Origin: Octopus vulgaris
Taxonomy: Eukaryota
NCBI GenBank assembly: GCA_951406725.2
Contig: OX597824.1
Span: 46,376,001-46,440,000, forward strand
DNA length: 64,000 nt
Direction: 5' to 3'
The translations under genes and the position numbers were made by a program. Positions 52,621 through 64,000 of the stretch are shown here, one piece after another; the first letter of the stretch is position 1, and each line of letters starts with the position of its first letter. Under the pieces are notes generated by a model. It made no database searches. It had not been told where the DNA came from and saw only the letters and a list, made by a program, of their open reading frames with translations.

Positions 52621-52742
52621 TTTTTGTCAAGATGTCGGACTATATTGGTGTAATACTAAATTATATCATTCTTGCCATTCCAATATTTGCTGGTTTGTAT
52701 AATGACTTGTCTGCTGCAGAATTATCTTCAGTCATAAGTAAG
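52621..52742 (+). CDS. ABCD4: ABCD4 coding exon 8
   Basis: TTCCAG|...|GTATGT, 122 nt. FVKMSDYIGVILNYIILAIPIFAGLYNDLSAAELSSVISK vs human [35 protein letters not shown]. Confidence 0.97.
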
Positions 52743-53288
52743 GTATGTTAAAAAAAAAACAATTTCCTTTTCCTTTGTTTCATACTTGTTATTACTGTTG
52801 CTGCTTCTATTTTTTTTTTTAACTGGATAATTTGATAAATGTAAGTCATTGAAAATGCTGCCTGAAGCCACTACTACAGAAAATGGAACTAATTTTACAA
52901 AAAGTACAAATGTTAAAATAATATTTTTTAAAAATAGCTAGATTCCAACAGATATAAAAGAATGTATACATTCTTGAAAGGAGCATCTATGTAGACCATT
53001 GATTCTCAACAAGGGTCCATATGGCTCTTGGGGTTCCACATGAGAATTTGTTACTATAGTTTATATGTAATAAATTGGTTATATTTCTACAATGCACAAA
53101 ATATTTTAACTGTTTTGTTTATACAATTCTTACTAATATTTAATTATAAAAAAATATGATTTTTTAAAACATTGGATGGCTAGGAGGATATGTCCAAGTA
53201 AAATAGAAATCAAAGGAGTACATAGGTAAAAAGTGGTTGAGAAACACTGATGTAGACTTTCTAGCATAAAAATGGATGGGCAGATATG

Positions 53289-53811
53289 TCTTATAATATA
53301 TAAACGGCAGTTTGTCTGTCTGTGTGTCTGTGTGTCTGTCAGGTTGTACCCTCACCCTGACCACGGCTTTCAACCAATTCTGATGAAACTTGACACACAC
53401 ATAGCCCAATGTCATAATTCAAAACTAACGCAGAGAAAATTTTGAAAAGTTCCCCCAGTTCTGAAAAAAATTGATAAATTCGACATGGGGTCGAGAATCT
53501 AAGCTTTTTATATGCAACACATTTTCTGTTGTAGTTTTCGCAACTTGCAATCAATTTTCACCAAACTCATTGTGAAGCTTAATGTTACCCTAACAAACTT
53601 AATTCTGATGTTAGTTTTCCATGCAATACCTTACCATCAGAAAAAATCGATAAAATCATGCCATTTTGGGAAATTGCGTTCAAATTCAAGAAGAAATATT
53701 TTCAACAATATCTTTCACAAATTGGCAGGAATTTTTTTTTAATTCACAGCGAGCATCATGTCTGCTCCAGGGGCTCTTACATACCCGGGCAATGCCGGGC
53801 TATGCTGCTAG
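53289..53811 (+). mobile_element. Non-autonomous Helitron
   Basis: 5' TCTTATAATATATAAA..(TCTG)n. 3' hairpin CCCGGGCAATGCCGGG, spacer, CTAG|T. Confidence 0.88.
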
Positions 53812-53825
53812 TGTCTTATAAAAAA

Positions 53826-54112
53826 AAGGACTTCCCACTGGTCATGAATGACCATGGAATTGCACCTAGAAAGTTATCCTCCAAGGCACAAGCCTCTCCT
53901 CTCCACTCCACCAGTGTTATCCAAGGGAAAGGCAAAGTCTGATACAGCTTGATACCAGTGATGTCGCAGCTCATTTCTACAGCTGAGTGAACTGGAGCAA
54001 TGTGAAATAGTGTCTTCCTCAAGAACACAACACAGCCTGATCCGAGAATTGAACTCACTACCTCATGATTATGAGCCCACCACTCTAACCACTGAGTCAT
54101 GATGTGCCTTCA
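53826..54112 (-). mobile_element. tRNA-derived SINE (related copies 56097-56405(-) and 60015-60345(+))
   Basis: Head TGACTCAGTGGTTAGAG..GAGTTCAATTC, body GCTCCAGTTCACTCAGCTGTAGAAATGAG and tail TTCTAGGTGCAATTCCATGGTCATTCATGACC, shared by three copies. Confidence 0.85.
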
Positions 54113-55419
54113 CAATATTTTATAATAGTTAACAAAAAAAAATAATATAAAGCAACATGTTAACTATAACATCTTATAATAGTTAACATTATAGTTAACA
54201 TGTTGCTTTTTATTATTATTTCTTTTTTTTTCTCTTTGTAAAGTATAGATACTTAATGAAGCCAATGCTTATAGAGCTAGAAATACTGCCTGTTGCTGAT
54301 TCCTCAATTATGAAATATAAGTGGAAATTGTTATGCAGAGGACTTAGGCAAACAGATATGCTTTGTTTATGATGACACAAACTATTAACTGTTGTAATTG
54401 TAAGGTCTGAAATTGCCATTGTGTCTGTTTTTTAATTTTTAAAAATTATTTTTATGTCAAACCATCTTTTGCTTACACCTAAAAGCACCAGTACATGTAG
54501 CTCATAAAAAGTATCCAGCACACTCTGTAAAGTGGTTGGTGCCCAATGGAGTTTCTAGAAAGGTTTATTTGGCTGTAGTTCAGCATGTCAGTTGTTACAA
54601 GCCAGGGCGTGTATAAGTCTTGAAAAATTGCAAAAATCGATTCCAGGTGAGAATGCGATTGATAAAGCCATGGAAACATGCATTTGTACGCACAAGTACA
54701 TCAGCTGTTGCAATCGATACTACACGTACGTGAGAAAAATGCACGTGCAGTTTGCACAAAATAAGCCGACTGGCTTGAAATAATGCCACAAAATGCAGTA
54801 TATTTATGAGACTAAAAAAGTAAGATGCAAAAGAGATATTTTCTTCAATTTTCTTGGCATGAAGGAAGGAAAGACTATTTGGTTTCTCAAGAAGTTTTTT
54901 TTTTACCTTCACTTTGTTTAACAAAACCAAAAATTTTATTGGAATAAAGGCATGCTTTGTTATTTTTTAATGAAAAGAAAACACTGATTGCTTTTTATTC
55001 AGCAGATATGATTCAGCACTGTCCATTGAATGGCTGGCGTTTTGCTCGTTATATATATATATATAACCTGGTTCCAGGTTCAATCCCACTGTGTGGTACA
55101 TTGGCAAGTGTCTTCTACTATAGCTTCGGATTGGCCAAAGCGTTGTGAATGGATTTGGGAGACGGAAACTGAAAGAAGCCCGTTTTATATATATGTATAT
55201 ATACGTGTATATGTTTGTGTGTCTCTGTCTATCCTCCCCACCATCGCTTGACAACTGATGTTGGTGTGTTTACATTCCTGTAACCTAGCAGCTTGGCAAA
55301 AGAAACCGATAGAGTAAATACTAAGCTTACAAAGAATTAGTGCTGGAGTCGATTTGCTCAACTAAAGACAATGCTCCAGCATGGCCACAGTCAAATGACT
55401 GAAACATGTAAAAGAATAA

Positions 55420-55464
<45 letters not shown>

Positions 55465-55471
55465 CGGGGAA

Positions 55472-55517
55472 GTTACTACTGATGAGCTAAGTGAAACTAG
55501 CTAGCTAGTATAGTGAC
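55472..55517 (+). ncRNA. Minimal type I hammerhead ribozyme motif (Penelope-associated type)
   Basis: Stem I GTTACTA/TAGTGAC, core CTGATGA (55479-55485), short stem II GC-TAA-GT, GAAA, palindromic stem III ACTAGCTAGCTAGT, GUA cleavage triplet ending at 55510. Confidence 0.8.
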
Positions 55518-55566
55518 CTTGCTTACTGTGGAGCAGTTATCTCCCCTGTCAGTACATAGCGCTGTG

Positions 55567-55605
<39 letters not shown>

Positions 55606-56877
55606 TACAATTACGTGGAACGCACATCACTTTACACAGCGCACATATTTGTTTACTTATACATCTACACACACATGCTTCCATACACATACACAGGCTC
55701 ACATAATCTTATGCTCGGGTACATATTCATACACACATACACTCACACATGCCATTCTCACATACACATGTGCTTACACATCCCAGTTTGGGCTGGTCAC
55801 TGTTATCTCCCCTTCCAATGGCTTATTTCTTCTGGTCATTTCAACATGTGAAACCATTAAACCCAACACATTTTTTTTATCACTCTCCATTTTTTCCCTA
55901 TCATCCCTTTTTTTCATAGAATGTAGGCTCAAAATGTCAAAGACATCCATTTTCCTCTAGTGTCAAACTAATACATCTGCTTGTTATTCCCTCGCTTGTC
56001 TCTGTCTTTCGTTTCCTGTACATTTGAACCATATACGTGTATGTGTGTATGTGTGTGTGTGTGTGTATATATGTATATATATATATATATATATAGGACC
56101 CCCTTCGGTCATGAATGACCATGGAATTGCACCTAGAAAGTTCCTTTCCTAGGCACATGTCTGGGCAAGGTTGTTTTTATGGAAGACCAGCAATCGCCCA
56201 TGCATACCATCCCCCCCTCTCCATGTCACTGATATTATTTAAGGGAAAAGCAAAGGCAGATACATTTCTAAAGATGAGTGAGCTGGAACAATGTAAAATA
56301 AAGTGTCTTGCTTGAGAGCACAACACACAATCTGGTCCAGGAATTGGACTCACAGCCTCATGGTTGTCAGCCTGGTCTTTTAACCACTGAGCCATACACC
56401 TTCATACACATATACACAATGAATGTCTTCTAGTTTCCATCTTCCTAATCCACTTACAAGGCTTTGGTCAGCCTGGGGCTATAGAAGAAGACAGTTACTC
56501 AAGATGCAATGCAGTGAGATTCAACCCAAAGCTTTGAAGCTTGGAAGTAAACTTCTTAACCACTGGCCTCCGTGCTGGTGGCACGTAAAAAGCACCATCC
56601 GATCGTGGCCGTTTGCCAGCCTGCTCTGGCCCCTGTGCAGGCGGCATGTAAAAAGCACCCACTACACTCACAGAGTGGTTGGCGTTAGGAAGGGCATCTG
56701 GCTGTAGAAATACTGCCAGATCAGACTGGGCCTGGCGCAGCCTTCTGGCCTCCCAGACCCCAGTTGAACCGTCCAACCCATGCTAGCATGGAAAACGGAC
56801 GTTAAATGATGATGATGATGATAGCTATGCCTGCACCTGTATATAATTTTACATATCTATTTTTTTTTTTTTTTCAG

Positions 56878-56969
56878 AATGCCTTCATTATAATATATTT
56901 AATAAACAACTTCACCAGGCTAATTGATTTGTCCGTGAATGCTGCTACGACAGCTGGTCTTGCTCACCG
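56878..56969 (+). CDS. ABCD4: ABCD4 coding exon 9
   Basis: Poly-T CAG|...|GTGAGA, 92 nt. NAFIIIYLINNFTRLIDLSVNAATTAGLAHR vs human NAFVCIYLISCFTQLIDLS..AGYTHR. Confidence 0.97.
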
Positions 56970-57106
56970 GTGAGAAACATTTCTAATTGTTGCTGTATTT
57001 TTTTTTTGTTTCATATGAAACCCATCTTTTGCTTACATTAAATTATATAAGCTAAATATTCTTTTATATTTGTAATCTATTATACTACATACAGTCACGC
57101 TTAAAT

Positions 57107-57352
57107 CATTTATCATCATTACTGCCCCTGTCATTCTTGTCATCATTGTTATCTTCATCATCACTACCACCACCATGATCATAGTCACTATCAGCATTAT
57201 CACTACCATTGTTATCATTGCCACCACCACTATCATCATAATCAGTATCACCACAACCATTGTCAGCTATTATCTTTACCAATATCGTCATCAACACCAT
57301 CACCTTCGCTACCATTATCATCATCATCATCATCACCATCATCATCTTCACC
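57107..57352. repeat. Degenerate (CAT/CAC)n microsatellite
   Basis: Direct inspection. It gives spurious His/Met/Ile-rich ORFs. Confidence 0.9.
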
Positions 57353-57511
57353 ACTTGTTCAGTTATTAGACTGCAGCTATGTTGGGGCACTGCCATGAAG
57401 CATTTTTAGTTGAATGTGGTTGGGAAGTGAATTTCTTAACCACATATCCATACCTGCACTTACTTTATGAAAAAATCTTAAGTTTAGCTATTAGCCAATG
57501 TACAAAAAAGA

Positions 57512-57861
57512 TGTGGGATGACGTCAGCAGTTGGGGAGCTGACCAGAACTTGGGGCTGACCAGAAGGGGTAGCAGTGACGCATGTGCAGGTAGGGCAGGA
57601 TTCTGCTTTTTCGGGGCAGGTTGCCGAGCAAGTAAGACGGGGTCAGCACGTTGTTAAGGTTGGGAGAAGCAGCTGCTATTTCTAGTTGTGCTCCACCGAA
57701 AGGTTTCCCTGCTCATGCCCACACGGAGCAGGGTCAATGGACTGACACCTGTCGCAGCTCCCGACCACTTTCTGGATGCTTCTCCTAGTGACGTCAGCAT
57801 CAGCACACGCGTCACTGCTATCCATTCCAGTCAGCTCCCCAGCTGCTGACGTCATCCCACA
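57512..57861. mobile_element. 350-bp TG..CA element with 32-bp TIRs and 5-bp TSD (Ginger-like MITE or solo LTR)
   Basis: AAAGA|TGTGGGATGACGTCAGCAGTTGGGGAGCTGAC ... GTCAGCTCCCCAGCTGCTGACGTCATCCCACA|AAAGA (31/32 match). Confidence 0.85.
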
Positions 57862-58357
57862 AAAGATAACACTCACTGACATGGAAATACAATGTCAGTT
57901 ATATACTAGCAACAGAGGCAGTGCTCATACTGAGAGGTTAAATTTATTCCCTCTTAAATGTGGATGTTCTGTTAGAATAAACTTTACTGTGGTAGATAGC
58001 ATGAGAAAAACTTGTATCGCTTGTTTGTGTTGCCAGCAGGGAGATAACTCCCCACCAATTACAGTGTAAGACCGCCCAGATCACTTGATTTTGGAAGGAA
58101 GATCGAAACTATTTGAAGTGTTGTTTGTTTCTAGTTCACCATGTAGCTATGTCTGGACTATTTGTTTCCAATAGAAACAGGCATGCGCTGGCAACAGGAA
58201 GAGCCTTAGGCTATATAAAATCTACCTCATCTAATTCTGTCTGAAGCATGTAAGCATGGACAAGTGGACATTAAAATAATGATGATAATGTCAATGATGA
58301 TGATGGTGGTGGTTGTGGATGGTAATTGGTTAAAAAAAAATATTTCTGATATTACAG

Positions 58358-58444
58358 TGTTGGACTGCTGTTTGAAACTTTGCTTCAACTGAAGAACAGT
58401 GAGAAACCCTTGATAACCACATATGCCAATTCAACAGAGAGAAG
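58358..58444 (+). CDS. ABCD4: ABCD4 coding exon 10
   Basis: TTACAG|...|GTATTC, 87 nt, phase 2-2. VGLLFETLLQLK vs human IGQLRETLLDM. The donor is weaker than the others. Confidence 0.85.
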
Positions 58445-59304
58445 GTATTCTATGAGACAGGAATAAATTTTTCCTTTTTTTAATCCTTCTTCCTTACTAT
58501 TTCATCTTTTCTGTAACCAGACTGTCCTATTACTAACATTAGAAGTTTCTCACTTGACAATTTTGATTTTGTTTAACTCTTTAGCATTCAAATTATTCTG
58601 TCAAGTGTAATACATATTTATTCACATTCTCTTGAGTTCATCATGGATTATCTCATAGCTTTAAGATGTGATCATTTATTTTAAGAAATGACATTGTTAG
58701 ATAGGTGTGAGAGGCTGGATTTGACCAGTTTGAACATAAAGTGTTTGATCAGTTTAAATGCTAAAGGGTTAAACAAACATTGAGGTATTGAACCAGTTAG
58801 GAGTTTGTTTTCTTTTTTTTTTTTTTGATCTGAGAGAATTTTAACTTTTGTGTAGATGAAATGTAAATCTGTCTGCTATAAAATGGGATTGAACTAATTT
58901 TTCCTATATCTAATATCTTCTTCAAAATGATACAGATTCAGTACCATGTTTTATTATTTACATACATTTATTTATTCATTCATTTACCATTTCTATGTTG
59001 GTTGTATTTTCTGCTCTGAACAACATTAGAATTATCAAGTAGCCATTTGAATATATTCAATTTTTTAAAATCATTTTCTGTTTTTAGTGTTCCTTGATAT
59101 ATACATTTAAATTAAAACCAATGGAAACCTAATTTGGTATAGATCAGTTAATGAAACAAAGATGTATTATGGTTATAAAATAAACATAGTTACTTTGCTG
59201 TATGGTTATGAATGAATCTTTCTTTTTAAAAGTAGACAAAAACCATTGTATTTTTGTATCTCCTTTTAATACCAGCAGCCTACTAGTAACAATTTAAAAA
59301 GTTC

Positions 59305-59560
59305 CAAGCAAGCACATATATATCCTTCAAAATAACTGGAATTGAAAATATATATTAAAAAAAGCTAAAATAAAAGCCATATACATCCTACATAATAACT
59401 GAAGTTAAAATTGTAAAAAAAGAAATCCCATATACAGTTGGAATTAAAAATGTTATAAAATGCATATAGTCTCTTTATAACAAGTTAAAAATGTAAAAAA
59501 ATGCATATACACTTTACATTATAACTGGAGTTAAAAGATGTAATAAAAATTGAAAAGAAG
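59305..59560. repeat. AT-rich degenerate minisatellite (about 35-50-bp unit)
   Basis: Recurring CATATAC..ATAACTGGA.TTAAAA..GTAAAAAAA units. Confidence 0.65.
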
Positions 59561-61623
59561 GATATTTGATTATAATTTAAATTATGAGTTCATTATTGAC
59601 AATTTTAATTGTGTAGTGTCTGGTGGCTGTCATGACAGTTTTCACTTCAATGTGAAAGAAAGAGAACAGGATTGGCAGTTACATTTCCATTTAGAAACTC
59701 TAAGACAATCTCTATGTACAGGAGTAGTTGATCTCAGCATTGTCAGTTAACAAAACACAAAATCAATTTTAAAGGGCAAATCGAAAATGAAAAATAACAA
59801 AACAACATAAGTCAAAAAGATGTACACATGGAATGTATTAGGGTGACACTCAGTGTAAGATGGAGGAAAGAGTGGGTGTATAAACATTTCAAGCATGGCT
59901 CTTTGTGAGAAAGATCAGAGAGAAAAGGTTTGGAGAGAAAGAAACAAGTCCAAGAAATGTATGTGTGGTTATATGGCCTACATATATATCAAATTGGACT
60001 TCGATATTTAAAGCCCTTGCTCAGTGGTTAGAGCATCGGGCTCACAATCATGAGGTAGTGAGTTTGATTCTCAGACTGGGCTATGTGTTGTGCTCTTGAG
60101 CAAGACACTTTATTTCACATTGCTCCAATTCACTCAGTTGTAGAAATGAGTTGTGACATCATTGGTGCCAAGTTGTATTGGCCTTTGCCTTTCCTTTGGA
60201 TAACATCAGTGGTGTGGATAGGGGAGGCTGGTATGTATGGGCAACTGCTAGTCTTCCATAAACAACCCTACCGAGACTTGTGCCTTGGAGGAGAACTTTC
60301 TAGGTGCAATCCCATGGTCATTTATGATCAAAGAGGGTCTTTACCCTCTACCCATTACGTCATGTCTATAGTACAGTGCTGGTGACAAGATATGAAATAG
60401 CAACATCTGATTGTCTGCTGGCTATTTACTTCAACCATTCATATGTTCTTATATGTCAGTGGAGGTTTTAATTATTGATTAAATTACATCATGAAATAGA
60501 AACTAGCTGAGTATGCTACACAAACACATAAAGCATTGGAGGTTTAACTGCTGAATGAATTACTCCATGAACTAGAAACTGACCAAGTCCACTACAAATG
60601 TACAAACTATTCTGAATGCATTCTAATAAAAGCCTTTTACATGAAAAGTGAGCTTTCACAAAGCTAAACTTCACTATTACCATCATGTTTTTGAACTGTT
60701 TTCTCCCTGTCTCTTACTCTTTTTGCTATTGCAACAAACTTTACTTCCCTAAATTCAGTAGCTTTATATTGTGCTCACCTTAACTGCATTCAGTGTTCCT
60801 GTTTCAACACTTCCCATCTATTCCTATTGTATCCAACTTTCAGTACTCCATACTAAATATTTTGAACTCCATTCTTGCTTTCATGGATCTGTCTCCCTTT
60901 GAAATTTTTCTCTTCTAACTACTAACTAGCAAACACATACACATAAAACATTAGCTGAACTCTGGGCCTTTAATGTAAATTGATATTAGATATTATAAGC
61001 TGAAATTTGTGAAAGAAGTTATTTTGCTCTCTAACTGTGCTATTTCTTCTTCACAAGTATCTTACTTGTTTCAGTTAGTCAGCACTAGCAAGATTGAAAG
61101 ATTCTTATAATGTCCATCATAATAAGGTGTCACATTTTTTAATTTAGTTTGCATCAATCAAGTATATGAATAAAAAAAAATTATTATTCATCTTTGCAAT
61201 ACGGTCACTAACAGCAGCAGCAGTAGTAGTAATAATAGTTTTAATATCCTTAAGCTTATAAGTTTTGGGATTATTAACATGATTCTTGGATTCAGGGAAT
61301 GAAAATATTTTTATTATTCCCATCCACTTTACATTTCAATTGGTTTGCCCTTCAGTCATCATCTGATGTCTTTCTACAAGAGTACACAGCATCAAACTAG
61401 GTTTCTAAACTAGGTGCAGCAAAAGTCCTATGTAGTTATACAGGAATAAGATACTTGACGATCACAGATTATACAAACTAGATTGTAATTTAGATGAAAA
61501 TTGAAAGAAAAGTTTTTCATCTCTGAAGATGGAATTAATTAGTTCCACACACACACGCACACACACACACACACACACACATGTGTGTATATATATTTAA
61601 TTTTATATGTGTGTGTATGTATA

Positions 61624-61865
61624 CAGAGTTGGCCAAAAGTCACCTGGCAGTAAATCAAAACCCATTTAATTCCAACATTAAAATTTAAAAAATATTTTAT
61701 ATGAGACTTTGCTAATAAATAGACAAATGTTGGGAAAAATGGTGACTTTAACTCACAGCATTCAATTATTAAACATTCATAATTGGAATGAATAAATAAA
61801 ATTGAATATTAAGTATTTATGGAATTTTGATTTACTGTCTGTTGGGTGACTTTTGACCAAACCTG
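61624..61865. mobile_element. Tc1/mariner-type MITE
   Basis: TA|CAGAGTTGGCCAAAAGTCACC..CAGTAAATCAAAA ... TTTTGATTTACTG..GGTGACTTTTGACCAAACCTG|TA. Confidence 0.85.
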
Positions 61866-62199
61866 TACATATACTGGGTATATCAGCAAAATTGTCTAAA
61901 TTTTGAATTTTAGATTCAGCTTCGGACCTTTGTATTTCAGGAATGCTTAAAGATAACTTAATGGAATTATCGGAGCTTTTCCCAACACTATTAGACTCTA
62001 CTTTAGGCAAGAAAAATTGATTACTCTCCAAGCTTACCAGAAAAATCATGATGAAATTGATCATGGACACAAATGACATTTTCATAAATATCTAACCATA
62101 GCTCAAGATTGAGTGCTTATAAGAGATTGGAATAAAGTTCAAATGGAAGCTTAAAATTTTCTTTCAAAGTGTCAGAGACAGTTCTGGCTGAAATTCTAC

Positions 62200-63260
62200 C
62201 TGTTCGGCATCAAGTGTTACTCTTCTTTTAGCAATGACATTCTCAACCCTCTTCCTGATTGCACCCCAAGCTTTCTTAAGGAATTCCTCATTAATGTATT
62301 CCTCCTACGTCATACAGATGGAGTTTTTGAAGGTTTGCAGATTATTGTGGGGTTTCTCACAAGCTTTTCTGACCAGTTCATTCCAGTTGCTGAATTCTAA
62401 AGAGTTCAAATCAGGTGATGAAGGAGGCCAGATGTCCTTATCTCCAAACCTGTACCTAAACTTTTCCCTGAGAAATTTTTGAGCCACTGCACTTGTGTGA
62501 TAAGGTGCCCCATCTTGCTGGAATGTAAACTTGAAGTTCTTAGTGATCTCGTTGGGGTTTCCCTCATTTCTTACCTTAGGATATTCAGAAAGAATCCAGG
62601 TCTTTACATCTTTCAAAACCTGAACATAACAAATTTGTCAATTTCTCAGCCATCTCAAAGATGATCAATGGCATCTTCTTGCCATTACAAGCCACACAAG
62701 CAAAAATCATCACCTTGGCAAGGTTTTTGCACTTGAAAATGACATTTTTGGCTCTCTCATGAGGAGGTGAAACCAGAATGTAGTTCTTGCATCTATTTGT
62801 GTGCTTATCTTGGGTGAAATTCTTCTCATCTGTGTAAGAGATCACTCCAGGATTATGTTTCACTTGGTTCAAGATGATCTTCACCCCCTTCAACCTTCTA
62901 ACCTTTGGTCCTGGAGTAACAAGGTGCCTCACAAGTCTCAGTATGATTTCATTTTCAAGTCTTTTGTCACTACTCTTGGAACTTTCATAACCAAAACTCC
63001 TCTCTTATGTGCCAAACCTCTTATGGATTCAGATGGATCTCTTCTGATCGATCTCTTCAGCTCCAGATTGAAATGATAATTCCTCTTGCAGTTATGACTT
63101 CCTGATCCAGTTTTCCTTTCTATTATTTCCTCTTTCTTAAACTTATTCCAAGTTCTCTTGATGGTTCTTGAATGGATTTTGAAGATAGGAGCCAGAGAAT
63201 GAATGTTGGTACCTTTACTGAAGGCCAAGATGATCTTACCCCTCTCAACATTGCTTATTT
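62200..63260 (-). mobile_element. Decayed IS630-Tc1-mariner transposase (maT-like)
   Basis: HTH ..RKTGSG..IRRDPSESIRGLA, SYTDEKNFT, VMIFACVACNGKKMPLIIF, FQQDGAPYHTS..WPPSSPDLNSLEFSNW, split over three frameshifted ORFs. Confidence 0.9.
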
Positions 63261-63776
63261 GGGAAGACCTGGTGAGGCTGGTACCAAACGATTTCAGCCT
63301 GTTCTCTTTCTAACTAAATATTTCAATGGGTATTTCACTGATTCTTACAAAAACTGGTGTTAATATGGTCAAATGCCTGCAGTCAAAGCACATTGTGTGG
63401 CATATTTATTTGTAGTTAATGCTTGTTGTGTAGCTGTTAGCATGTTTGTTAGAGAACGTTGTAGACAGAGCCTATTGCATTTACTTTATTGTTGATCTTG
63501 AATGGATTGCTTAAAAGTTGAATATAATTCATTAACGTTTTTAGAAGCAGTTTTTGTTTTTGATATTTGCCAGATAGGCATCTAGTGTTTGTGACAAGAC
63601 CCTGGAAATATTGCTGCTGCAACATTAATAGATGAGATTGATTGAAAAACATTGAAATGAGCCAGTCCCTAGGGTTAGAATTCATGGGACTTGTTCATTA
63701 ACAAAATACACTTTGGCAAATGCTGTCTGGTTATATGAATGAATAATTTCTGTAAATATTATCACTTTATTTTCAG

Positions 63777-63904
63777 ATTTATAAATGACTGTTCTTTTCG
63801 TAGATCTTCCCTTCTAGAAGATTCCTTCAGTTGCTCAAATGTTGCTTTCAAAGTACAGAATGTTTCATACAGCATACCTAGATCTAATGTGATGCTTTGT
63901 AAAA
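63777..63904 (+). CDS. ABCD4: ABCD4 coding exon 11 (linker and start of NBD; gene continues beyond the window)
   Basis: TTTCAG|...|GTAAGT, 128 nt, phase 2-1. NVAFKVQNVSYSIPRSNVMLCK vs human [22 protein letters not shown]. Walker A is not in the window. Confidence 0.88.
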
Positions 63905-63934
63905 GTAAGTTCCCATTCTGAGATGTTGATTCAA

Positions 63935-64000
63935 CTGTTTTTTCTTTTTTTTAATTGTAAGAAGATGTTTTTTCTTTTTTTTAATTGTAAGAAGATGTTT
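63935..64000. repeat. About 30-bp tandem duplication at the window end
   Basis: TGTTTTTTCTTTTTTT..AATTGTAAGAAGA occurs twice and a third unit is starting. Confidence 0.8.

Noticed and set aside
57033-57396. His-, Met- and Asp-rich ORFs
   Set aside because: Translations of a degenerate (CAT)n microsatellite.
61522-61546. Half hammerhead CTGAAGA-TGGAA..TTCC
   Set aside because: GAAA and stem III are missing, replaced by a (CA)n run. Non-functional remnant at best.

Overview
AT-rich, microsatellite- and transposon-dense animal genomic DNA, most likely from an octopus (inferred from the tRNA-derived SINE and RTE repertoire). One host gene spans almost the whole window on the + strand: ABCD4, the lysosomal cobalamin-exporting ABC half-transporter. 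I could read 11 coding exons (2098 to 63904), all with GT-AG sites and consistent phases. They encode the transmembrane domain and the start of the nucleotide-binding domain, and the gene continues past the window end. The introns (intron 1 is about 22.5 kb) hold decayed Tc1/mariner, pogo/Tigger, MULE, Helitron, Gypsy, RTE, CR1-like, Hero-like and Penelope-like elements, plus SINEs and MITEs. Apart from transposon remnants and ORFs overlapping ABCD4 exons, the six-frame ORF track is mostly spurious. I found no convincing new multi-gene system. The best second-look items are non-coding: a near-intact minimal hammerhead ribozyme on the sense strand of intron 8, a Penelope-type inverted pair of decayed hammerheads, a perfect 202-bp inverted duplication and other fold-backs (possible ADAR substrates), a TG..CA element carrying three CRE sites, and hairpin elements with telomere-like loops near the promoter. 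All alignments were done by eye and human exon sizes are from memory.
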